From: the human T2T-CHM13v2.0 reference genome, Homo sapiens
Direction: 5' to 3' (one strand)
Assembly (NCBI RefSeq): GCF_009914755.1
Contig: NC_060930.1
DNA length: 64,000 nt
Shown here: positions 40,862 to 55,951 of the stretch, one piece after another
How positions within the stretch are numbered: position 1 is the stretch's first letter
Layout: each line of letters starts with the position of its first letter
Notes under the pieces: model-generated
Database searches by the model: none
Seen by the model: the letters and a program-made list of their open reading frames with translations, nothing else
What the model was told of the DNA's origin: nothing
Position numbers and translations under genes: made by a program

Positions 40862-43052
40862 CTGCACATCAGGGAAGAAACACATGAAGAAACCCTCAAA
40901 TAGGATTTGCTACAAAATATTGGAAATAACAGTTATCAACATTATGCAAATATAAATTTTTTTAATGACACAAAGATCCAAGTGAAAAAATGCAAAGTAA
41001 TCATTTAAAATGGTTCTTTACAGGACACAAGAGGAATGATTTTAAAACTATTTGAATTAATTCTGTAAGCCACTGAACTAATGAGATACTCTGAAAGCTC
41101 AAGATATGTGACAGATATTAAATAGAAAGATGAGAGTGATCTTTTGAGAGGCACAATGAAGTTGATATAAAGATGTTAAAGGTCAATAAGGCAATTTAAA
41201 AAGTAAAACTCTATAGGAAAAGATATAATCAGATAAACACTAATATGATGCCATTCTCCCCTGTAAGACTGGCAGAAATTAAAAGGCTTGTTAATATCAG
41301 TGCTGCAAAAGCAATGGAAAAACATGTTCTTTGATATGCTGCTTTGAGAGTATAAATGGCAGCCCTTTATGGAAAGTAATTTAGTAGCATCTAGTCAAAT
41401 CTAAAATGTGCATACCCTTCAACTCAGTAATCTCTCTTTTAGGACTCAATTCTAGGGAAGTAATACAGTAAAGAAAAATGTGTAAGAAAACATACTGAAA
41501 CACTAGTAAAAATCTGAATGTCCATCAGCAGCAACATGGTTAAAAAAACTGTGATATACGCATTCTATGCAGCCATTAGAAAGATCAAGGGAGATCAACA
41601 GGTACTGTTTTGAAAACATGTCCAGGATATGGTAGGCAAGTAAATAAAATTGCAGATCCATATGTACTGCATTAAAAAAGTACATAACCAAATATTTACA
41701 TGTTTATGCACATATGTCTACATCGGTATTTCTTTAAATCAAGAAAAATCAGAAGAAATTCATATTAAACTCTTAACATCACTTATTTCTGGGAAATGGT
41801 ATTAGATGGCTGGGAGACAAAGACTTTCATCTGTTACTTTATAAATTAAAAATGAAATTACTGATAGGATTACAGTGATTTTTTATTTTTTTCCTTTCAG
41901 ATTAAACAAAAAGCCCTACATTATTGCTTATCTAAAAAAATGAAAACTAGACAATCCAGTTAGGTAATGAATTTGAATTTCTACCTCTATCAATCAAGAG
42001 GAATAATATGAACCAATTAAACTTCCAATCTATCAGGAAAGAAAGGACGAAGAGGACAAGGGAGAAGTGCAGAAAAGGGAGAGAAGAATACAGAATGAGA
42101 AAGAAAAGATGCAAAAGTGAGAGGAAGAGACTGGAAATAAGAAAGAGATTCTCCGTGTTGCTAAAATTCTCAGAGTAGGACTAGCATTTCAGGTTTACCT
42201 ACCTGGAACTTGTCCCACCCTCCCCCAGGACCTAGCATTCTTGCTTGCCCCAGAAAAATAGTTGAAACCACCCAGAAAAGATTCATGAATATTCTGAGCA
42301 TACCTCTTCACTGGGTTATACTCTGCCTAAAAGTACCCCTGAAGGTTTCCATTAATCCAGAGAGCATCCAACCATTACCCTAAAATTACCAAATTAAAGA
42401 ACTTCTCCTTCTCGGGGAGACCTCAAGACTTATCCCCAATCCTGTATGATCCATGGTATTTATTTGGATTCTCAATGCTTTAAAAGTGGTTTTGATGAGG
42501 CTCCCTTGGAACAATAAACATGAACCCCCAACTTCAACAAGGAGACAAGCACAGAGGTTCAATGTTTACTATGAAGTTTCCTCCTATACAATTCCTTATC
42601 TGGGAATTGATAGGCTATTATGACAGCACTTAGGCCTCTTCTGACAGCTGACAATTAACATTCCTTTGCACATGAATACAGTCAGCATTGAGAACCTGTC
42701 TAAGGTAGCATTGAGCTTAGCTCTAAGGTAGACTTAGAGGTAGAGCTTAGCTCTAAGATAGTCTAAGGTAGACTCTGAGCTTAGCTTAGTGAGCCAGCAA
42801 ATATTACGAAGGTTCAATATCTACAAAGACATCAAGAACAAGGTCAATAAGCGGGGGGAGTATATTCCATTCACTCAATACGATCTTCAAATTTCTCAAA
42901 GTATTTGAGTTTTTTTTAAGGATATACTAATCACCTAAAAGATATCCTCATAGAGTTGTTTCAAATTATTTTTGAAAGAGGACAAGGTACACTGTACTAA
43001 TAAACAATAAACACAGGCTGAGAAGTTCTGACTTAATAAAAAGTGGGCTCTT

Positions 43053-43462
<410 letters not shown>

Positions 43463-44443
43463 CTAGACCAAGGTCGGATGCCTTGGCAGAGTTGACCACT
43501 AGGAAGAATAGGAGAGTGCTAGAACTTTTAACAGACTCCTCACTTTTCTAAGCTCCCGGTTTCATCTACAGTGGCATTTTACATGTGTAAGATTGGAAGT
43601 TCATGAAAAACCATAGGAGCTCTAGCTACAGAGTAAATATTTCCAGGAGACACACTTTACCACAACATGTCTGACTCTAGGTGTTGCTGTCTTGCTTAAT
43701 TCTGATTATAAAAGCCAGACACTGCAGTTATCACTACAAGGTAATTGAAATTTTCTCTAATCCAATGGAATCTCCATTTTAGATACCAAGTTTCCCAGAT
43801 AAATCTATAACTCTGTGAACCATCTTTATCCTTAAAAATAGAAAAAGATCCATTATCATGCATAAATTATAACTCACTCAGTAATTAATTCAGTGATGAC
43901 TCCCTTTTGACAAATATTAGGTAAAATGTAGAGTAGTTAAAGATCAGCTTAAGATTTATAACCCTGGAAATTAAGGACCCAAGTAACCAACAACAGCTGC
44001 ATACAAGTGCACGTCTTAGATCTGCTGGGTTACTAACAGCTCCTAGACCTCAAACCAAGGGGTATATGTGTCCATTAGCAGGTCCACAGGGCAGTCTACC
44101 TATGCAAAAAGAAGCTTTAGTCCCATTAGCCATCTACTGGGAGGAGACGGTGAGGGCAACGAAGACTCAGCCTGAGAAACATTCTTGAGACCTTGAAAAA
44201 TGGTTGATTGGGCACTATTTGGTCTGGGAATCCTTCTAACCCTTTAATTTTAAGGTGGCTCCTAAAGGAAAAGGTGATTCTCAAAAAATAACAAAGTCTA
44301 CAAGGATGAAATCTTCATAGATATTGAATTGAGAGACTGCAAGACTTTGTCATTATACTTGGTTATATATTTTTCATAGAGCAGAAAATACCAGTGTTTT
44401 CTACAAGTGAACTAAATTTTCAAAAAAAGTATTACACACTTAC

Positions 44444-44628
44444 CGAAAATATTGGCACCTGGCTGCTAAAATTACCCTGTGGGCAGGAAAACGTTTCTTT
44501 TCCACCACGAATGTGACGTCGCCATATTCTTCCCCAATCAACAAGGCACCAATATGTTCAGACAAAATGTGCACATGATCAATTTCCCCCACTGCAGTAA
44601 AGGGGCGAAGAGGGTGGCTGTTACTCAT
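44444..44628 (-). CDS. BTBD9: BTBD9 first coding exon (exon spans 44655-44444; 27 nt precede the ATG); start of BTB/POZ domain
   Basis: Translates MSNSHPLRPFTAVGEIDHVH...VTFVVEKKRFPAHRVILAARCQYFR, with the BTB signature FPAHRVILAARC. Acceptor AG at 44657-44656 follows a pyrimidine tract; donor CG|GTAAGT at 44443; 185 coding nt, phase 2. Confidence 0.97.
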
Positions 44629-45169
44629 CTTGTGGAATAGACGATAGTCGTTGTTCTATCATATAAAGAAGGAATGAGAGTTAGTTGGGGGAGGGGAGTA
44701 CACATAGAAAATCACTTACCATAAACACAGCTAAGTAAAAATTTAAAGTGCTTAGAAAAATTCCTATGAGAGAGTTAATCAATGGTATCCTTATTAACCC
44801 ATTTATTTTGAGAAGGAATTCAGCCTGCTTCCCTTAACTGTACTCCCTTCATCACACTAGCAAAGCAAAAATGCCAGATCTCCAAACACTAACAGCACTT
44901 GGAGCCATCACAGTCTAGAAAACTGAGCCCAAACACAGGTCTCATATTCCTTACAGTACCTTAGGAAAAGAAAAATCAACAATCAGAATAACTTCTCTTT
45001 TACATAGATATATTGAGCAAGGTTGGGTACAATTATACCGAATAGAAAAGTCATTCAGGCACCGATCTAGGCCTAAATTACAAACAGAATAAATGAAATA
45101 ATCAGATTTCAAATAAGAAGTTTTGGTACGAAACCATCTCAAATATTTCATTTAAAAAAAATCTTCTGG

Positions 45170-45484
<315 letters not shown>

Positions 45485-45841
45485 TCACAAAAATAACTTG
45501 ACATTTATTAATGAACATTTGCAGTAGCATCCTAAGCTCCCCACATCCAACAAAAGAGTAATTCCAACAGTTTTCTCAAGACTGTGGCTTCTTTTCCAAA
45601 CTTGTTGCTCTGATGATCAGGCTGCCAATGTTTACCAGAACATCATTACATTTTGTCTCATTTCCAGGCACCTTCCTTGCTTTTGTATACAATGCCTTTC
45701 TACAAAATTAACTGAAAATCAAAGGGCTAAAATATGATTAACAGCTTTACGTGTAAGAAAGTGGGGGGTTATAGTCTTAGAAAGCTAAAAATGTTTATAT
45801 TTTTTAATACCGAATGTACTTGCAGGTACTTAAAAAAAAAA

Positions 45842-46042
<201 letters not shown>

Positions 46043-46674
46043 TAGCATTCAGATGCCCCCGGTGAAGAGGTAGTTGATAGCTCAGAGGTAGCCAGCTACG
46101 CCTCTGCTGCATCAGAGACTAGAGAAATTGAGACAGATATGTTATCTCTGCTAGACCTCCACACCTTTTTGAGCTCTCCAGTTGAACCACAATTAAAGGT
46201 TGAACAGCTCTTAATCTTTAAACTCCCACATCCAGATCATTATTAGCAAGGTGTGTCAAAAATAGTCTTTCTCTTCTGTGACTGCAATGGAAGATCTTCA
46301 TGGACCAAGTTCCGAATCTGCCTGCTTTAGTTAACCTACCACCATATGCCCACCCTCAAAAGGGGGAGCAATAGCAGCGATGCAGAAGAACATGGAAAAT
46401 GAGCTAAGCAAGAAAACACCTACCCAGGTAAGTGAGCAAAATCCTGGTTCTCTACAGTAGGAACATCAGAGAACTAGCAGGATAATCCCTTAACTGCCAA
46501 GGTAAATCCTTCTCCCTCAACTGCAGCCTCCATTTGAAAGCCCTAAAAACAGAATAATCTCTAGTCACTTGTGTATGAAAGACCAAATTCAGCTTAAGAG
46601 GATCTATTTGAGAGTATGAGCAAGTAATGTGTGACACAGTAGTCTTAATGTGTACACACAACAACTGTGTAATA

Positions 46675-46887
46675 TAGGAGCTGGAAAACTTTCTATAAAG
46701 GGTCAGACAGTACATGGTTTAAAGCTTTGCAGGTTATACAATCTACGTCAAATGATTCAGCTCTATGGTAAGAGCCTAAAGGCAGCCACAGGAAATAAGA
46801 AAATGAATAAACATGGCTATCTCCAGTAAAACTATTTCTAGAAAAGACCTAGATTAGACTCGCAGGTCATAGTTTGCTAGCCCCTGG
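46675..46887. mobile_element. MER58A-like hAT DNA transposon
   Basis: aaactttctataaagggtcagacagta...aaggcagccacag...ccagtaaaactattt...catagtttgctagcccctg. Confidence 0.75.
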
Positions 46888-47529
46888 CCTACCCCGTGAT
46901 CAAGGACTGACGTCAGGGACTGACTGTACCCTAGGCAAAGGATCAGACTGGGAGTTTTTTTGTTTGTTTGTTTCTTGCTGGGTTACCCAGTTGATGTTCC
47001 TATGATCATTTCCTATGTTGGTCAGGAAATTCAGAAAGCTACTGGTACCTGACTTCAAAACCTCTTCAATACAAACTCTCACATCACTCTCCAATATTTC
47101 AATGATCGTGCATGATTCTAAACAAAACGCTCTTCCTGGCTGAAAAAAAATGCAATGTATATACCCAGTAAATATATTTAATATATTTTCTGGTATATTT
47201 TCTTAATATTTTATCCAGGTCATGGCTAATACTCATATTACTTACTAAATGACTCTTGATGAACAACGATTGATTTTTGGTTAACCAGCTCAGAAGGGAA
47301 ATTTATTTCTTAAACTGATATATCATAAACATTAATATTACATATGTATCTACCATAATAAGTTCTCCAGATCTCTACTTCTCAATACATCTAATTTCAT
47401 TTTGCTAAACTTGCATTTTAATTATGTTTTTCCAAATGGAAACATGAAACTGTTTCGTGTATAGAAAACAGCCACTTAGGATAAAATAAACACAATTTTA
47501 TTGGCATACATAAATAATTTTAATTAGAC

Positions 47530-47712
47530 TAGTGATTCTCAATGAGCTTGCCCAACATTGGAATCAAATGGGGAGCTTAAAAACAACAAAAAAAAAGATG
47601 CTCGAGTCCCACTCATCAGAGACTCTTATTTAATTAGTCTAGAATGGGGCCCAGGCATTGGAATCACCATTCTGAAGTGATTCTACTAAGCAACCTGGAA
47701 AAACAGCCACTG
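47530..47712. mobile_element. MER5-like hAT DNA transposon
   Basis: agtgattctcaa...ggaatcaaatggggagctt...ttaattagtctagaatggggcccaggcatt...agccactg. Confidence 0.7.
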
Positions 47713-47959
47713 ATTTAGACTCTATATTGTTGTAGGTTTCCATCCCTTGCTCAGGTGTACAAGTATACAAAAACATCCACAGAAAAAATTTATTTAGGAT
47801 ATAATTTAATTTGAATCTTATTGCAAAGATGTAAAAGATACTAACAAAGTTACCAATGGCACAGCTTTACGCAGAAAATGAGTATTGTTTCACCAATGGG
47901 ATAGTTTACCTACAAAGTGATAGTTTCAGTCTACCTATGTGTATTTTAAAAAGTATGCT

Positions 47960-48246
47960 GGCCAGGCACAGTAGCTCATGCCTGTAATCCCAGCACTTTG
48001 GGAGGCTAAGATATGCAGATCATTTGACACCAGGAGTTCAGGACCCTGTCTCCACAAAAAAATTTAAAAATTAGCCAGGCATGGTGGCATGAGCCTGTAA
48101 TCCCAGCTAATTGGGAGGCTGAGTCAGGAGGATCACTTGAGCCCAGGAGTTAAAGGCTGCAGTAAGCTATGAATGTGCCACTGCACTCCATCCTGGGCAA
48201 CACAGCAAGACCCTGTCTCAAAAAAATAAAAAAGAAAAGAAAGAAA
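47960..48246 (+). mobile_element. AluJ with a small internal deletion
   Basis: Dimer lacking the agcctgggcaacat segment of the left arm. Confidence 0.9.
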
Positions 48247-51200
48247 ACCAAATTAAAGTTAAATGGATTAGGAAACAAAGAGGCAAAAAAATCAATATTT
48301 GCAGATAATGACTGCCCACATGAAAAATCCATGAGAATCAACTGAAAAAAAATTAGAGAAAATAAGAGGGGTTCACTAAAGTAACCACATAAAATAATTA
48401 TATGAAAATATCTAGCATTCTTCCATGCCAAAAACAACTAGCTAGAAAATATTAGTAAAAAGATCTGCAATTTATAATTGCAAAACACATGTAACATGTA
48501 GTAATAAACTCATAGGACATGTAAGGAAATTATAAAACTCCACTGAAAGATTTAAGAAAAATACAAAGACATAAGTTGTTTGGGGATAGAATGATCCAAT
48601 ATTATAAAAAGATCCATATTTTCAACTTACCATGGGTTTATCAGGACGTAACCATATTGTAAGTCTAGGAGCATCATTTATATAAATGTAGCATTTCAAT
48701 TAAATGGGGGAAAATAAGGATTTTTTTCAATAAAAGGTATTGGCTAGCCATTTGGAAAAAAGCTGAACAGTCACATAAGAGTACAAAATGAAATATATAT
48801 GGATGTCAGCTTCAGCACTTTCTGTAAAGCAAAAAAACTGGAAAAAACCCTGAAGGCCCATTTAAAGAGAATTGGTTAAATAAATAATGGTATGTCTATA
48901 CAATGAAATATTATAAATTATTTAAAAAGAATAAAGTTAGATACTAATGAACAAAAAAATCTTAAGTATGTGTATTTACATGCAAAAGACAATCTACAAA
49001 ACAATAGTATAGTGAAATATCTTGTTTAAAAAAATACACTGAAAAAGCAAGAATATAAGTCAAATTGTTAACCAAGGGTTAAGTCACTAGACTGGGGCTG
49101 TTGGAAAATTTTACATAGTGCACTACATACTTTGTAATGTTTACAAATTTTATAATGTTTATTTGTAGTAAAACTATAAACAAATATGTCAGTAAGTTTG
49201 GCCACAAAATTACAAAATAAATTGCTTTGTTTGTGAGATAAGTGTTTGGATTTGCCATAAGCAATAGAAATTGATTTAGTGACTAAGACAGAAATGGCAA
49301 GCAGAAGGGCTATGTATTATCTCCACAGAGAAAAAGTAATTAACAACTTGAAGGCAAGGACATAAAGTTCATTACATTAAAACTGGCAAGAGAAAAAAAA
49401 AGTTCATTACACTAAGACAGGTAAATCAGATACCTGGGTAGCATGGCCTACTAGGACATTCCATCTGATAAATCCCAACTAAAGATCTTCACCTAAGAGA
49501 GTTTCAGTCTGACTTTTTCTAGACTTAAGGCAGATTTTCCCAGATGCAAAGTGTTCTTCAATTTGCCCCTACTGACTGTCCTGGAGTCTAAACTTGCTGA
49601 TCCTCACAGCATAGGGCAAGGGTAATGTATTCACTCAAACTGTTGCCTCAAGGTGGGAGGAAGAACAGTAGGAAGGCAGGGGGACGAAGGACTTACACTG
49701 AGAATGGACAGGAATATCTCAACTAGGAAATGGTACCTTTCACGGTACCATACACAATTATTAGTTTTGGATTCTGGGACCTCATATGAATTTACTTACC
49801 AGGGATGGTGGCACAGAAACTATACTATTTTTCTTGGCTAGTTAACTTTCATGAATTCAAATGCACTAAAAATCAAAAATGACTAAAGCAGCAGTACTAA
49901 AGTCCTGAGGGTTATTGCCTGCTTATTATTCAGTAAGAAACCAACACCCATTTGTTCTAACCAAAATAATAAACAATGTCCATCAATACACTGAGAGTAC
50001 CATATGTAGTTCATAATGCTGGAACGTTATAATTGCCCCTTAAGGGGGAAAAAACCAAGTTGACCCAAACATCAATTTCTTTACTTAAAGCTCACTTATA
50101 CAACTGTTTACAAACTTTAACCAGAGCTAACTACATTTTTTAGAATTAAAGTTTATTCTCCAGTGTTTAACCAGGAAATAGTCAAAGAGCAAAGTTCCAC
50201 AAGGTGGAGACGCCAAAGAGTCCTTGAACACTGTATGAATCTCCCCTGGGAAGCCCTCTCTGCCAGGTGTATTTCCTGACTGAAAAGCCTTTACGGGAAA
50301 AAAGACCTTCTGCTCTTTAATTGCAAAATATAAATGATCCTTCTCTTGAGGAAAGAGATAGCATTTACAAGCATATGGTTTAGCAATTTCTTTCTGGTCT
50401 TGGTACCCATGTGCTGTGTAATTTGAAGTAGTATTCCTTAAACTTTAAGTTAATATCGCTTGGGGAGATAAATGATGTCCTGTCTGCATCTTAAACACTC
50501 TCCAAAAAAAATCACATTCTACTTCTCACAGAAAGGATACTTCACTTCTCTTGATATATACTCTACCCCTGTCATCCAAAAGTCTAAGGAACAGGTGAAG
50601 ACTGACCGTGCTGCTAGATGTAACCTTGACTCTGATATTTTGCAAACCCAATTCTAAACCTTGCAGAAGAGAATTATCCTCCAGCCAGTAAAGTGCTACG
50701 TAAGAACATGACTGGAGTTCACATGACAGGATTCCTGACATACCTTCTTCTCTGGGAAAGATTTTGAATGTCCAGTTAAGCTCCAAAGTCTTGTCATTCT
50801 GTAATTTTATGTTTGTAAATAAATGTTTATAAATATGCTCCGGTTTGACCACTAAAGAATAGTATCATAAAAATATTTGACAAAATTATTTTATTAAGCA
50901 TGCATGTAATTCCAATTACCAGTTAACACATTGATTCTCCACTTCTTTGCCAATGAACAAACTAGTTTCTGAATATGTATATGATTCATTCAATTAAAGA
51001 TTTATTGAGCTCTCTCTACAATACAGGCTCAGTGCTAGGCGACAGAAACACAAAGATTAATAAAAGTCTCTACTTTTGAAGAACTCATTGTCTACTAAGG
51101 AAAGTAGGACCAGATAACAAGTAATGTAAATTCTAAAACTCATAGGGTGGCTATGATTTTATGAAATTTAGAAAGTCAAATACTTCCATAAGTACCATAC

Positions 51201-51404
51201 CAAAACAACCACAAAGATGCTAAATAGAATACTAAATGAACAGAACTCAGAAAATTATCAGTTATATTCTTATATGAGAGTAAGGGTTAATATTCAAATA
51301 ATTGGCTATGTGCTCTCCAAAGTGGGCTGCTCATATTCGAGGGAGACGGCAATACAAACCACAGGAATTTGGAAAGAAAACATTAACACTTATATTGATG
51401 TGTT

Positions 51405-51530
51405 TGTATGTATTTATTTTAGACATGAGGTCATGCTATGTTGCCCAGGCTAGACTCTTAGGCTCAAGTGCTTTTCCCGCCTTAGCCTCTCAAGTAGCTG
51501 GGACTACAGGTGCACACAACCATGCCTGGA
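51405..51530 (-). mobile_element. Alu monomer (FLAM-like)
   Basis: tatgttgcccaggctagactc...gtagctgggactacaggtgcac. Confidence 0.85.
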
Positions 51531-51566
51531 TTGATATTAATTTTTAACCTAGAAAAATGAGAATAA

Positions 51567-51896
<330 letters not shown>

Positions 51897-52135
51897 TAGT
51901 AAGTGGATGGCACTGCCTCCTTCTCATGATCTACATGTCAAAAACAGTCATTTGTGTCATCAAATAAATAGGTGACTTGAGAGAAGAGTGGGAATTCCAC
52001 AAAGATGCAGGGCTGAAGGTAGTGTCCTTACTTGTGCATGGGAAGTATTAAGTTAACATGTGCTTGCTTAAGTGAATTTTCCAAAAGTTATCTAGTTTTA
52101 ATTAAATTCTCTCTCACAAAATGACAAGTGAATTA

Positions 52136-52892
<757 letters not shown>

Positions 52893-55702
52893 AAAAAAGG
52901 TTCCCACAATGAAACCACTGATTGAAGATAATATAACATTGTCAACACAAGCAAATAATAAGAAAATGGCCAATATGACAACTTTACTACTTACTGGTAG
53001 TAAAGATTTTATAAGAAAGTGACCTTTGATTATTTTAAATGATTAAATCATTTGAAACATACAATATAATTAACAATGAACCTCCACACAAAAAGCATTA
53101 AAATATTTGTTGACTAAATATATATTCGTTGGATGTATTAATCTGAAAACAAGCTTAAAACCAAATTAGAATCTGGTAACAAATTAACCATTTTATAGTA
53201 GGGACACTGAAAGTACTTCTCATCTAACAATAATGGCTACTATTTATTGAAGACTTACTTATAAGCCAGACACAGTCCTAGCATTTTTATATATATCATC
53301 TTATTTAATATTCAAAAAATTGAATTAGGTAGGTACTTTTAAAATATCCATTTTACAGACAGGAAATTGAGACACAGACAAGATTCGGTAATTTGTCCAA
53401 TCACATACCCAATAAGTAGCAGATTCAGAAAGGGTTTGTCAAGGTCCTGAACTTATAAAACCTTGCTAAGTAAATGTAAGATATCAGAAATGATTCTGAC
53501 TCTGACTTCTAGACCTGTCAGCTAACTCCTCAGAGCAGCAGTTCTCAAACTTTAACATACCATCTTCAGACTAGGTAAAATATGCAAGGGTGATAAGAAT
53601 GAAATGCTATTTTTCAATTCTCTTTGGAAAGATTATACATACATGTACTTTGCTAATACAAAGAGAATAATTCATATTGGAACTGCAATGTACAATCTAG
53701 TTACTTAAAAGTTACAAAACAAGAATACTGTTGACACAAATATGCATCAATATATACTACAGGGTTAAGTGAACAACCTGTAAGAAAAATAAAGACTAAA
53801 CAGTAATTTATAATGAAAAATTAAGAATAGAAACCAATATAAAGCTCAACTCAACATATACTGACGATATATGTCTTTCTAAAATGTAAAGTAATTCCAT
53901 TTTATGCATGTTCATATGTTCATATGTGGAGCTTTGCAATGTTGCTACACGTTGGATAGTATCCAAACTTCTTAGTAGAAAACTTAAATTAGAAGCCTTT
54001 ATAAACTGTAGTATTATGCTAATGTGGGTTTATGTATGCCACATTTTGCATACTCTTAATGCTTCACTTGATTGGTTATCAGTAAGTTGCCAAAGGATAT
54101 ACATAAATGAAACACTATGAGATCTTCTGCTATTTGCCAATATGTTTTGGACCAGTGGCCTTGGGCCATCTTTTGAGAAGTGTTCTTCTAGACTATGAAA
54201 TGCTCCAGGCTCACTTTGTATAATAACTAACTCTGTGGTGGCTGGGAGAAGCTACTCCTTTATTATTTATTATTTAATCACAAAATATCAAGACTCCCAA
54301 GGCAAAAAAAAAAAAGGCTCAATTTATAATTTGCCAAATTATTTTTATTTCAGTTCAAGCCCTCTTCAGTCTCTCTGGATTCAATCTCTTATTAAAACAA
54401 CCTTTCCCAAGTAACTATGAAAAAACAAACAGAATCATTCAAATCTTCCAATAAAATAAATATCAAATGACCCAACTGAGCTTCATTCTGATTTTAAATT
54501 CCCCCAAATCCTGAAACTTCCTTCTTCCTCTTCCTTCCCTTCAGAAAGGATCAGGTACAAAAACTTACCAGATTTTCATAATCTAAGTTCTAAATGTTTA
54601 CCTATAAACTACCTTATTCAGTCACAAACATTCCCCTCAGTCTCTTACTTCTCATTTGCTCTAGTATATGACTCCCTATAAGGCAATCTCCCATAAAATA
54701 AGATGACTTTTAGGAATGACAAGTCATAGATTGCAACTCTAAGAAGTTGCTATCACTTATAGATCTCAGAGATTATATAACTATCCTTTTCCATACTCTC
54801 AGCCTTATTGGTCCCAAGCCATTGAAAACTGCATGATCTGTATTCTGGGAGCAGAAAAATATATGCACCTAGAGCCAAAAAGCAATGAAAAAGTCATGAT
54901 GAGCGCAGAGGTTATTAGTTGTAATAATATTTGAGAATACAAGACAAGCCATTTCTGTTTAATTTCTTCAGCGGCAACTTATGGGTCTGTAACATTCTTG
55001 CTCAGATTTAAATTATATGATATTTTCCTAATTAATAAAGGTTATTATAGCATGAACTCCCATTAAAGCAGTGGAATCATCAATTGCAGCAATTTAATTT
55101 CTTTGTAGCAAAGCTACTGTGAACATTTGCATTACTGTCTGTGTAAAGGAAATTGGCTTTTCATTTGTAGAATGTTATAAAAATGTTCTACTATGCATAC
55201 TTTGACTACTGTTTGTTAAACCTAGTATCTTGGCTATTTTCTGTGGAATTGTAAAATAAAAAAAGATCAACTCTGAGAAATTTGTACAACATAAAATATT
55301 GATTTATAAGTTTATTTGTGCCATTCTAGAACATAATCTAAAGGAAATGTTCCACGAATTATACTAGTATTTTGCTCTTTTTCCCCTATATAACCTCTTC
55401 CTCATTTGTTTTATGAACATTGACTTTATTCTAACTCCAACATAACATTCTGTACTGTGATTTTAAAAAAAGAAGCAGCAGAAGAAAAAGAAACTCAGAA
55501 ACAAGTATCTCCATGCAGTCTAGGAGTTACTGTCCAAAACCTACAGCCATTGACTGCCTGAGCTAAGGGGCCACTGAATTGACCAAGAATTCTTCCAAAT
55601 CCAAATCTACAGTGTGTATGTAAGAATAAAGGAATGAACAGGCACAACTCAAGCCAACAACTTCATTTTAGGAACAGAAAAAGCTTAGGCAAAAAGAGTT
55701 TA

Positions 55703-55951
<249 letters not shown>

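Noticed and set aside
53537-55160. Possible old DNA-transposon remnant starting cagcagttctcaaacttt
   Set aside because: Only one terminus is recognisable and I could not assign a family or transposase frame by eye.
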